Of a stretch of 32,000 nt of DNA, positions 1-10,100 are shown piece after piece; the first letter of the stretch is position 1; every line of letters begins with the position of its first letter. The position numbers and the translations under genes were made by a program. The stretch spans positions 30,001 through 62,000 of the forward strand of contig NZ_PQWO01000006.1 of assembly GCF_003231495.1 (NCBI RefSeq), given 5' to 3'. Source of the DNA: Acaryochloris thomasi RCC1774. GTDB lineage: Bacteria; Cyanobacteriota; Cyanobacteriia; Thermosynechococcales; Thermosynechococcaceae. A model generated the notes under the pieces. It saw only the letters and a program-made list of their open reading frames with translations. It was not told where the DNA came from and searched no databases.

Positions 1-1397
1 ATGTTCAAGCCTCTAGCTGGGCTTTTCAATCGTTGCAGTCTTTAATTGAAGACTATGGGGTCGTTACAGGTTATCCGAATGATACGTTTCGAGGCGCTCG
101 CGCCCTGAGTCGCTTTGAGTTTGCATCGGTCCTCAACACAGCCATTCAGGAGTTGAGTCAACGTCAGCTATCTCGGTCAGACTTGGATACTCTGCAAACA
201 CTCCAGACAGAGTTTGCCTCAGAATTATCGGCTGTCCAAGGACGAGTTAAAACGCTAGAAGCGAAAACGGCAGACATAGACGCTCATCAGTTCTCTACAG
301 CGACTAAGTTTGTCGGTCAGGTGATTTTTGCCGCCAATGCTGGAGGATTTACGGGAGATCGCATCATTGCTCCTAGTGGGGTTTTGATCAGTGAAAACCA
401 GCCTCGGCCCACTTTTATTCAAAGAACTGCGCTATTTCTAAACACCAGCTTTAACGGGACCGATCAGCTTCAAGTCCGACTGATCACCGGCAGTGATGGT
501 ACGACAGATAATGCCACAGGTCTGCTAGAACCGAACCTGGGCAGCAACCTGGACTACACCACCCAAGGTCGAGACGACCTAATCAGTTTGGCCCGCTTGT
601 ATTACAGCTTTTCTCCGCTGCAGGATCTGCAGCTCACCATTGGGCCACAGCTTGTGATTAGCGACTACGCCGACACCAATAGCTATGCCAATACTCCTCT
701 CGATTTTTCTACCCAGGCATTCATTAATAATTTCGTTCTGTTCCCCCGTCCAGCAGGTGCAGGTGCTGTCCTAGAGTGGAATCCAAACCAAGGTCCCTTC
801 CACCTACGAGCGATGTACGTGGCGGGTGATGCTGCCGGTCTATTGCCCGAAAACGATGGCCTGATTGGGGGTGGGGGACCGGATGATATTGCCTTGTTCC
901 CCGTTGCCGGTCTAGGGGCTGCGGGGGGACTCTTCGGTGATCCTAATCAAGGATTAGTGGAGCTAGAGTATTCTCCTGGATCTTTCGCTATGCGACTCCA
1001 GTACAGTCGCGGCAAGGTGATTGGCAGTGAGTTTGATGTCTTAGGACTCAATGCTGAAGTTGCAGTTAGCGATCGCATCGGCCTATTTGGGCGCTATGGC
1101 TACGGCGCTTACGACAACACCACCCTCGGTGATCTCCGGCCTAACTATTGGATGGCTGGCGTCTCTGTCAAAGATTTATTCATGCCGGATGCACTGGCGG
1201 GCATTGCTGCAGGCCAGCCTCTAATTGAGCGCGCGGTTGGAGATGGCACTCAAACCAACTTTGAGGTTTTCTATAACGTACCGGTTAGCGACAATATCCG
1301 TGTGACGCCGCTGCTGCAGGTGGTGACCAACCCCGGCAATCAAGCCACCAACGGCATCATTTTCTCCAGTACCGTGCGCGTCATTTTTTCTTTCTAG
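1..1397 (+). CDS. SLH-domain / OprB-family outer-membrane porin, 5' end cut by the window edge
   Basis: The frame is open from nt 3 to the stop at 1395-1397, and the ORF-track start at 33 is only an internal TTG. The N-terminal stretch SSWAFQSLQSLIEDYGVVTGYPNDTFRGARALSRFEFASVL matches the S-layer-homology motif. It is followed by a coiled-coil-like linker and a Gly/aromatic-rich barrel-like region ending in a C-terminal Phe (VRVIFSF), as in cyanobacterial SLH-OprB porins. Confidence 0.8.
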   Translation, partial: VQASSWAFQSLQSLIEDYGVVTGYPNDTFRGARALSRFEFASVLNTAIQELSQRQLSRSDLDTLQTLQTEFASELSAVQGRVKTLEAKTADIDAHQFSTATKFVGQVIFAANAGGFTGDRIIAPSGVLISENQPRPTFIQRTALFLNTSFNGTDQLQVRLITGSDGTTDNATGLLEPNLGSNLDYTTQGRDDLISLARLYYSFSPLQDLQLTIGPQLVISDYADTNSYANTPLDFSTQAFINNFVLFPRPAGAGAVLEWNPNQGPFHLRAMYVAGDAAGLLPENDGLIGGGGPDDIALFPVAGLGAAGGLFGDPNQGLVELEYSPGSFAMRLQYSRGKVIGSEFDVLGLNAEVAVSDRIGLFGRYGYGAYDNTTLGDLRPNYWMAGVSVKDLFMPDALAGIAAGQPLIERAVGDGTQTNFEVFYNVPVSDNIRVTPLLQVVTNPGNQATNGIIFSSTVRVIFSF

Positions 1398-1405
1398 TGA
1401 GACCT

Positions 1406-2017
1406 ATGACCAACATTTTGATTGTCTACACCACAAGCCTCGGCAATACCGAAAAGATGGCAAAAGCGATTGCAGATGGCACTCGCTCTGTCGCAGGGGC
1501 TGAGGTCATTTACAAAAGCTCTAATGAAGTCGAGATTGACCATGTTAAGACCTGTCAGGCTTTGATTGTGGGGACACCCATCCGTCATCGAACCGCAGAT
1601 GCCCGTATTAAAGCTTTTATCGAAGACACCCTCGAAAAGCTGTGGTTGACCGATGACATGGTGGGCAAAGTGGGCGGCGTCTTTAGCGTGGGCGGCGGCT
1701 ACGGCAATATGGGTGCGGGTTGTGAGCTGGCTCAGCTTGGTATTTTGAGTGCAATGGCCGCCTGCGGCATGGTGCTGGTGACCTTGCCCAAAACAACGCC
1801 AGGGTTTGACGTAGCGGGAATGCATTGGGGACCCAACGGTCGTTCCGGCGGCCCCAAAATGGAACCCGTCGGGGTCACAACCGAAATGCTGGAGACGGCC
1901 TATCACCACGGGGCCAATGTTGCGAGAGTTGCAGTGGCGCTAGACGGTCAGACACTGATGGCTCACGGCAACATCGCTCCCTCCCCTGAAATCGTTGACC
2001 TGTTTTTAAACGGCTGA
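1406..2017 (+). CDS. Flavodoxin-like fold protein (WrbA / NAD(P)H:quinone oxidoreductase-type family)
   Basis: The N-terminus MTNILIVYTTSLGNTEKMAKAIADG is a typical flavodoxin-like FMN-binding start. The size is about 203 aa. I prefer the ATG at 1406 over the GTG at 1397, which overlaps the porin stop. Confidence 0.65.
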   Translation: MTNILIVYTTSLGNTEKMAKAIADGTRSVAGAEVIYKSSNEVEIDHVKTCQALIVGTPIRHRTADARIKAFIEDTLEKLWLTDDMVGKVGGVFSVGGGYGNMGAGCELAQLGILSAMAACGMVLVTLPKTTPGFDVAGMHWGPNGRSGGPKMEPVGVTTEMLETAYHHGANVARVAVALDGQTLMAHGNIAPSPEIVDLFLNG

Positions 2018-2050
2018 CGCAAACAAAAAACAATAAGGAGACCCACAAAC

Positions 2051-2668
2051 ATGACCGCATTCAATTTCACCCAAGACAACTCGGCCCTACTGCTAATTGA
2101 CCATCAGGTCGGCACAATGAAGCTGATCAAGAACTTACCCCTATCTGAAGTCGAGAAAAACACCCTCGCGCTGGCCCAAATCGCCAAGACGCTTAAAATG
2201 CCAGTCGTTTTGACCAGCAGCCAGGAGGATCGGTTTCAAGGACCATTGATGGAGGCTCTATCAGAAATGCTGCCGGAGGCCTATGCAGCAAGAGTCAAAC
2301 GGGCTGGAATCGTCAATGCCTGGGATGACCCCAATTTCGTCCAAGCCGTTAAGGAGACGGGACGGAAAAACCTGATCATGGCCGGAATCACAACAGATGT
2401 CTGCCTAATCTTTCCCGCCATTAGCGCGGTACAAGAAGGCTACGGTGTTCAAGCCGTGATGGATGCTTCGGGGTCTCCATTTCACCTTTCGGAGCGATTG
2501 GCTCACCAGCGAATGCATGATGCGGGTGTGGTTCTAACGGCAACGATTACATTGCTTGCTGAACTGGTGCAAGACTGGAGCCGTCCCGAGGGCGTTGAAC
2601 TTCAGAAGATGCTATTCAGCGATATCCTTCCCTCCGATTTCATTGAAGGTAATCAGACACCTTACTAA
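2051..2668 (+). CDS. Isochorismatase-family cysteine hydrolase (YcaC-like)
   Basis: The motifs LLLIDHQVG, NAWDDPNFVQAVKETGRKNLIMAGITTDVCLIFPAISA and AVMDASG are collinear with E. coli YcaC-type isochorismatase-family proteins. An AAGGAG Shine-Dalgarno sequence lies at 2034-2039. Confidence 0.8.
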   Translation: MTAFNFTQDNSALLLIDHQVGTMKLIKNLPLSEVEKNTLALAQIAKTLKMPVVLTSSQEDRFQGPLMEALSEMLPEAYAARVKRAGIVNAWDDPNFVQAVKETGRKNLIMAGITTDVCLIFPAISAVQEGYGVQAVMDASGSPFHLSERLAHQRMHDAGVVLTATITLLAELVQDWSRPEGVELQKMLFSDILPSDFIEGNQTPY

Positions 2669-2715
2669 AGGTCTAATAAAGCACTTGAAGTTAACGTTGT
2701 GAGTATTGCGATCGC

Positions 2716-3711
2716 ATGAACCCAGACCTACTCGCCAAAATGACAGCGGACACCCGTGCCTTAGTGGAGCAAATGCAGTCCCAGGACTCCTCTCCACCCG
2801 AGGGGGACTGGATTGAGGCGATCCGCAGTGAGTATCGGCAAATTATTCCCCTCGCTGGGGAAGCTGAAGCCGTTGATTCTGTTGAAGAGTACGAGATTGC
2901 TTCAGATTCTGGCCCCATTCCGCTACGGCTTTATCGCCCCGCCCCCGGCAGACGGCCTGCACTGGTCTACTTGCATGGCGGTGGGTTCGTCAGTGGGGAT
3001 TTGGAAACCCACGATCGGCCTTTACGTGCGATCGCAAACCGCAGCAACTGCACCGTGATTGCCGTTGACTACCGTCTAGCACCTGAACACCCCTTCCCTG
3101 CAGCACCCGAAGATTGCTTTGCCGCTTTGGAATGGGTCAGAAAAGAAGCGGAGCAACTTCAGATTGACGCAACTCAAATTGCAGTCGGAGGCGATAGTGC
3201 AGGAGGCTTGCTGGCTGCCGCCGTTTGTCTGATGTGTCGCGATCGCAACCGGGACCAGCCGACTGTCCAGATCTTGATCTATCCAAACACAGATCTGAAT
3301 GCAGACACTGATTCATGGCGGGAGTTAGATTTTTTGCATCCATCTCAATCTCGTGAAAACTTTCTCAAGCAGGTTGAGTTGTATACCCCCGATCCAGATC
3401 AACGCACGCTAGCCTACGCTTCACCATTGCATGCCTCTGACTTGTCACAGCTAGCACCAGCCCTGATCATCACGGCAGAACTCGACGCTCAACGGGATGA
3501 AGGTGAGGCTTATGCCCAGCGACTGCGCGAGGCAAGTTGTTGGGTGACTCATACTCGTTACCCTGGCGTCATTCATGGCTTCTTTCAGCTAGGGGGCGCG
3601 ATCTCGTCTGGCAAGGTTGCAATCAATGAAGTTGCAGGCTTCCTCCGCCTGCACTTCAGTACTCAAACAGAGGCAGAGCAGGAAGAATACATCCTACGTT
3701 CCGCAGGTTAG
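2716..3711 (+). CDS. Alpha/beta-hydrolase esterase/lipase, family IV (hormone-sensitive-lipase-like)
   Basis: It has the oxyanion-hole motif LHGGGF, the nucleophile elbow GGDSAGG and a C-terminal HGF histidine motif. The length is 331 aa. Confidence 0.8.
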   Translation: MNPDLLAKMTADTRALVEQMQSQDSSPPEGDWIEAIRSEYRQIIPLAGEAEAVDSVEEYEIASDSGPIPLRLYRPAPGRRPALVYLHGGGFVSGDLETHDRPLRAIANRSNCTVIAVDYRLAPEHPFPAAPEDCFAALEWVRKEAEQLQIDATQIAVGGDSAGGLLAAAVCLMCRDRNRDQPTVQILIYPNTDLNADTDSWRELDFLHPSQSRENFLKQVELYTPDPDQRTLAYASPLHASDLSQLAPALIITAELDAQRDEGEAYAQRLREASCWVTHTRYPGVIHGFFQLGGAISSGKVAINEVAGFLRLHFSTQTEAEQEEYILRSAG

Positions 3712-3722
3712 TGAATTCTTGT

Positions 3723-3744
3723 AAGCCTTTTCCAGTAAAGGCTT
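3723..3744 (+). terminator. Candidate stem-loop terminator after the esterase gene
   Basis: AAGCCTTT (3723-3730), a 6-nt loop, then AAAGGCTT (3737-3744) give a perfect 8-bp stem starting 11 nt after the stop codon. The T-tail (TTGAGCTTT) is weak. Confidence 0.35.
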
Positions 3745-4116
3745 TGAGCTTTAGCCCGAAATTCAAGAATACCTCCCTCAGAGCGTTGAGATACAGGTGG
3801 CCGATTAACCTGTATTGCTTTTCCAATCTGGCTTCTAGAGAGTCTGTGATCTGTTTTTTCAGGTGATGCAACCTGGATTGATGGAACAGAGCCGATTTTT
3901 GATAGGCCCTGTAACCCTTCTCTAGTATGGCTCCTAGAAAAGTGTACTACCTGCGGAATGTAGGATACATCACAATCCAGCCCCAGAACTGCATAACCGA
4001 CCATGTGGCCGCAGAAGCCCCTTTTATACCGACAATGCGAGAACTCGCCCGTACTTATCAAGCTTTTTCAACCTACTTTGATCAGCATATCCCCACCCTC
4101 GATCTGAGGTTATGGA

Positions 4117-7100
4117 TTAGTTCTTTCTAAAATTGGAGTCAAGTTGCTCTAGTTGCAGAAGCAAGAGTGTTTCTGCGTCGGCCTCTGATAATTTATTCAA
4201 GCTGGTGGAGTACAGATTTGTCGAGGCCGGCTTAACAGATGAGTCGGCAGGGAATATTTGGTGCATTAAATATTCTGTCAGCAACGGAAGTGTAGGGTAA
4301 TCATAGAGAATCGTTGAAGAAAGCGAACAGCTAAGTGCAGTCTGTAGGCGATTCCTGAATTCGACTGTGGTTAGAGAGTCTAGCCCCAGGTCTGTAAAAC
4401 CAGTTTCAGGATCGTTTAAGGCAGAGGCATCACGCCCCAGCAGTCGGGCCACTTCAGAACGTAAATACTGAAATAGTAAGGACTTGCGATCGCAAGCTCC
4501 TCGAAGGGCCTCCAGCCAATCAGCAGGTTGCTTGACCGCTAGTTCCGACCAAAAGTCAGACATCCCGGTCGGAACGGTCCACTGAGATTGATGAATGGGC
4601 AGAACGCCAGCCTGTGCCCATGATTGCCGTAGCAGATGATCGAGAACAGCCAAACCGATTTGTGGCTCAATGCGATCCATTCCCTGAAAACCAGCATTGA
4701 TATGATTTGCCAAGCCTAGCTGCTCCCACGGTCCCCAATTGATTGAGAGCGCAGGTAATCCGGCGCTTTGACGAGCCTGAGCAAGGGTATCGAGGGCGGC
4801 GTTGGCGGCGGCATAATTCGCCTGTCCTGCTGAACCTAGTAAAGAGGCGGCAGAGGAGAAGAGAACGAAAAAATCTAGATCAAGATCGGCGGTGAGTTGG
4901 TGAAGTGTCCAGGCTCCATTCACTTTTGCCTTCAAGACTGATTCAAATTCCTCCCAGTTTAGGGTTTGAAGCATTCCGTCATCTAAAATACCTGCGGCAT
5001 GAATAATGCCTCTCAGTGGAGGCGTCGCTTGGGGGTGGCTATTGTTCACATGCGTCTTTGGTGCAACGTTTGTGCTATTCACTTTCGATGCGGTGGCGCG
5101 ATGGTAGGGATCCAGTAATCGGGTGACATCATTTCGCTGAGAGATATCGGCCTGCATGACCTGTACCTGTACCCCCGACTTCTCTAGCTGGAGAATCTGC
5201 GTTTGCGCTTTGGGAGAGGGCGATCGCCGTCCGACTAAAATGAGATGCCTTGCACCCTGATCTGCTAGCCACTGTGCAACGAGCAACCCTAAGTCTCCTA
5301 AACCACCCGTAATCAGCACGGACCCCGTTGCAAGTTGGGCTAATGGATTTTTTGATTGTTTAGGAACTACCGGAGTGGCGGCTTGCTCCACCACCACTTT
5401 GCCGATGTGTTTCGCCTGCTGCATGTAGCGAAAAGCATTCACCACCTTCGCTGCCGAGAAGCTTTTGTAGGGTAGTGGCTTCAGCTCACCCGCTTGAAAC
5501 TGCTCCATCACTGCTTTGATAAGCGATTGCACCTGCTCTGGTTCTTTCTCCATTGTTTGCATTAAATCAACGATGGAATAGGTGAGATGAGGCCAGTTTT
5601 TGCAAACGTTTTTAGGTTTCCAGATGCCCTGTTTGCCAATTTCTAGAAAATGGTCGCTGGTGATCGACAGGCTGTGGGGGATGAATTTGCCCGTTAACGA
5701 GTTGAGGGTTATCGTAACGCCCTCTTTTCCCGTGATGGCCTGAATCTCTTCGGCAAAGTCTAGGGTGCGTGAGTTGAAAATGTGTTGGATGCCTTGCGAT
5801 CTCAACCATTCCCACTTCCCCTCCGAAGCCGTGGCAAAAATTTCGGCTCCCGCTTGTTGGGCAATCTGCACTGCAGCCTGACCCACGCCGCCTGCCGCTG
5901 AATGGATCAAGATGCGGTCGTTCGGTCCAATCTTGGCCAGATGATTGAGCGCATAGTGAGCCGTCATGAACGCGACGGGAATTGTGGCAGCTTCTGCGTA
6001 GCTGAGTGATGTGGGTTTAGGGGCGAAGATAGAGGTGGTGGCGTGTTGAGAAAAAGCTGGAGTCGCTATGGCAACCACCGAATCCCCAATCTGGTGGCCG
6101 CTCACTCCAGCTCCGATGGCTATGATATCTCCCGCACATTCCAACCCCAGCGGTCCTGGATTACCAGGATAGAGATCGAGTACATTCAAGACATCTCGGA
6201 AATTTAGCCCCGTTGCCCTTACCCGAATTTCAACCTCACCTGCCTGCGGTCGGCGTCGAGTTTGAGGCTGCCAGCGAAGATTCTCAAGGGTGCCGCGCTC
6301 AGGGATGACGAGCTGACTTGAGACAGATGCCTGAAGCGTTTGTTTCTGTTGGCGATGGGCTGACTCAACGGTCACCGGAGCTAGTCGAGCCACAAATCGC
6401 TGATCGCCTCGCAAAGCCACCTGTACCTCTGGTTCCGATATAAGAATTTCAGACCAGAGAGCCTGATGCTCATCCACAGTGGGCTGAGGGGCCAAGTCGA
6501 TCACAGCCGCAGGGAACTCAGGATGCTCCAGCATTAGTGTCTTCGTCAATCCCCACAGTGGAGCCTGACTGAGAGCAGAGCAATCAAGGCGTTCATCATT
6601 CACTCGCTGGGTACCCCGCGTCACTAGCCAGAGTCGAGAGGGTGCCTGCAGTAACCTCTGGATCAGATGGAGAGCCGAGCCACAATTTTGCTGTATTGTT
6701 GCGCTGATTGCTGCATCGTCTTTTTCTGCATTAACGGCATCTAAACTCCAAAGATGAATGACGCCTTGCAAGGTCAGCGGCAAAGATTGCAACGTCTCTA
6801 ACAAATGGCGCAGCGCCTGTGGATCTTGTGGGTCAAGCTGATGTACTGAGCCACTCTCTTGAGGATCTGGACTCACAAGGATCACATGCTGTTGCCGCTG
6901 CGCGAGTTGGTGGGCAAGCCGCTGACCGACACCCCCTTGATCGGCAAAGATCAGCCATTGCCCTGGCTCCATTACAGTCGGCTCAAGCTGGCCGGACTGC
7001 TCTCGCCAATCCACCTGATATAGCCAGTTTTGCCAAGCTTGCGGCTCCATTCCCAACACCGCTTGGAGATTTGTTCTCTTTGCCGTTAGCCCCGTGACCG

Positions 7101-10100
7101 TAGCGACTCGTTGACCATCAGGACGGTACAGCATCAGATCGGCGGTAACCGTCTCAGCGACGGAATGCAATTGAACATGGCTCCACAGGCAATCGCTGGC
7201 AGGACAGTGGAGGGTTAGAGAATCGAGTCCAATGGGCAACAGCGTTGATGTATCCGACTCCGGTAGGGCTGCAAAAATGGCTTGACAGCAAGCATCTAGC
7301 AGCACGGGATGTAGGCAATAGTTCGAGGCTGACAGTGCTGTCGGAAGCTGGACTTTCGCTAGGGCTGCACTGGGTTTGATCCACAATTTCGTAATGGCTT
7401 GGAACTGTGGTCCGTAATTGAGGCTACGGGTTTGACAAGCCTGATAGTGACTGCTGACCGCCCGCTCCTGCGGGAACTGACGACGTAAATCTTCTAAGTC
7501 GATGACGGGTTCAGAGAGGGGAGTCGTCTGAGAGATACTGCCTGTACAGTGCCTTTGCCACGCGGCGTCTGCACGGGAATTCTGGCTAAAGATCTCAAAG
7601 GTTAATCCTGTCTCTGTTTGCTGCAGGATCGTCTGCACGTTGACAGTGCCAATCAACGGTAGGGCTTGCTCCATCGCAACCGTTTGTACCGTTAGAGGCA
7701 GATCTAAGTTAGGAGATTCTACTCCTGCTGCTAACGCAATTTCTAGGAATGCAGCGCCTGGAAAGATAGCGGTAGTATTAACTTGATGATCCTGTAAGTA
7801 GCTGGACTGCTCAGGTGAAATCTGTGCCTGATACAAAATTTGCTGTAGCGGGGTTGAAATTTTCTGCCCCAGCAACGGATGCCTCGCAGTTGTTCGTAAA
7901 AGAGCCTGGGCTGGCGGTGGATCGAGCCAATATCGCTGCCGCTGAAAGGGATAGGTGGGAAGTGAAACCCGATAATGTTCAAAGCCCTGATCTACGTTTT
8001 CCCAATTGATTGCAACGCCCCGAATGTAGAGCTGGCCGAGACTGTGCAGAATTGTTTCCCAGTCGTTCTTTTGGAAGCAAAGACTGGGGAGGTATAGAGC
8101 GTCAGAGTTCAGATCTGAATTGTGGGGTTTCTCAAGGAGCGCTCGCCCCATGCCTAGCAGCGTAGGCTTGGGGCCGCATTCGAGATAGATGTTGTGCCCT
8201 GACTGGGTCAGGGTTTTCATGCTAGCGGCGAACTGAACGGGTTGCTGAATATGGCGACACCAGTAGATTGGAGTTGAGATCGCATCCCCAATCCTTTTTC
8301 CCGTGAGATTCGAAATTAATTCAATTTGTGGCGGGTGATAGGTGATCTGCTGAGCGATCTGTTCAAATTCCGCTAGTACTGGCTCCATCAACGGCGAATG
8401 AAACCCGTGAGAAACATTGAGGCAGGTTGTCTTAATCCCCTGGGCTGTGAGTTTTTCTGCAACCTGTTCTACTGCAGTTCGCTCACCCGACAGCACCAAA
8501 CTCTCTGGGCCGTTGACGGCTGCGATGGCTAGTGGCCTACCTTCGGTAATTGCAACTTCAGAACGTTCGTGATCGAGGAACTGATTCACCGTGGCTTCAT
8601 CAGCCACGACTGAAACCATGCCGCCATTAGCAGGCAGCGCCTGCATTAAGCGTCCCCTAGCGGCCACCAGCTTTAAGGCATCCTCTAGACTGAAGACGCC
8701 AGCCACGCAGGCCGCCACGTATTCACCAATGCTGTGCCCCATTACGGCGGTGGGTTGAATCCCCCAGGACTGCCAAAGCTGAGAGAGAGCATACTCTAGA
8801 GCAAACAGTGCAGGCTGTGTGTAGGCCGTTTGATCGAGGAGAGACTTTGGTGTTTCCTCTTCTTGTACCTCGAGAGGTGTTTCGGGGTAGAGAAGATCCA
8901 GTAGTGGTCTCTCCAGCAGCGGTCGGAGAATTGTGTTGCAATCTTCTAAAGCCTGACGGAAGACCGGCTGAGTCTCGTAGAGGTCTCGCCCCATGTCGAG
9001 ATATTGCGAGCCTTGACCCGTGAACAGAAAGGCAATTTTGGCTGAAGTATTTTTTGGGGAGACTTTCCCCTGGTAAAGGTTGCTGGCTTGAGGGTTTGAC
9101 AGCCAGTCTTCCAACTTTGTTGTTAGATCGACTAGGGAAGAAGTTGCGAGAGTCTCCGACTGGTCTACGATCAACGCAACCCGCCATTCAAAATGTGCCC
9201 GCCCCACATTGCGTGTAAAACAAACATCCCCTAACGACAGCTCTGGATGATTACGAAAATCGTCAACTGACCTTTGGGCTAACTCTTTTAACGCTTGCTC
9301 TGTTTTGGCGGATAGCGTAAATAGATGCACCGGTCGCTCAATCGTCGGCGATCGCTGAGTAACAGGAACCTCTTCCAAAATGGCGTGGACGTTGCTACCG
9401 CCAATCCCTAGAGAGTTTATCCCCGCCCGACGCGGCGCAGACCTCTCCGGCCAGTCTCTCAGTTTGGTATTCACGAAGAAGGGGCTGTGCTCAAAATCAA
9501 TGCGTGGGTTAGGGGTCTCAAAGTGAAGGCTGGGGGGGATTTTTTGACGCTGAACGGCAAGCGTTGTTTTGATAAATCCCACAATCCCAGAGGCAATATT
9601 TAGGTGGCCCACGTTGGTCTTGACGGAACCGATGGCGCAAAATTGCCGCTGCTGGGTACTGAACGCTCGGGTCAACGCAGAGATCTCAATCGGGTCGCCC
9701 AACTCGGTTCCGGTCCCGTGGGCTTCGACGTAGCCAATGGATGCAGGTGCAACCTCTGCCACTGCCATTGCTTCTGCCGCAACCACCGTTTGCCCTTCGG
9801 CTTGGGGGGCGAGGTAGCCCATCTTTTGTCCCCCGTCATTGCCGAGGGCAGAGCCTTTGATGACGGCGTAGATATTGTCGCGAGATGCGATCGCATCTTC
9901 CAGCTTCTTCAGCACCACCAGCCCCGCGCCACTGCCGAACAACGTTCCCTGTGCCTGAGCATCAAAGGCGCGACAGTGACCATCTGGCGATAGAATCATT
10001 CCCTCCTGATAGAGATGTCCCATCTTCTGCGGCGCATGAACCGATACGCCCCCCGCCAAAGCCATATCACATTCACCATTGAGCAGACTCTGGCTCGCCA

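Noticed and set aside
1394-1909. A 171-aa minus-strand ORF antisense to the flavodoxin-like gene.
   Set aside because: It lies fully within a well-supported plus-strand gene. Its translation is His/Gly/Cys-rich and matches no family I recognise. This is the typical shadow ORF of a moderately GC-rich coding region.
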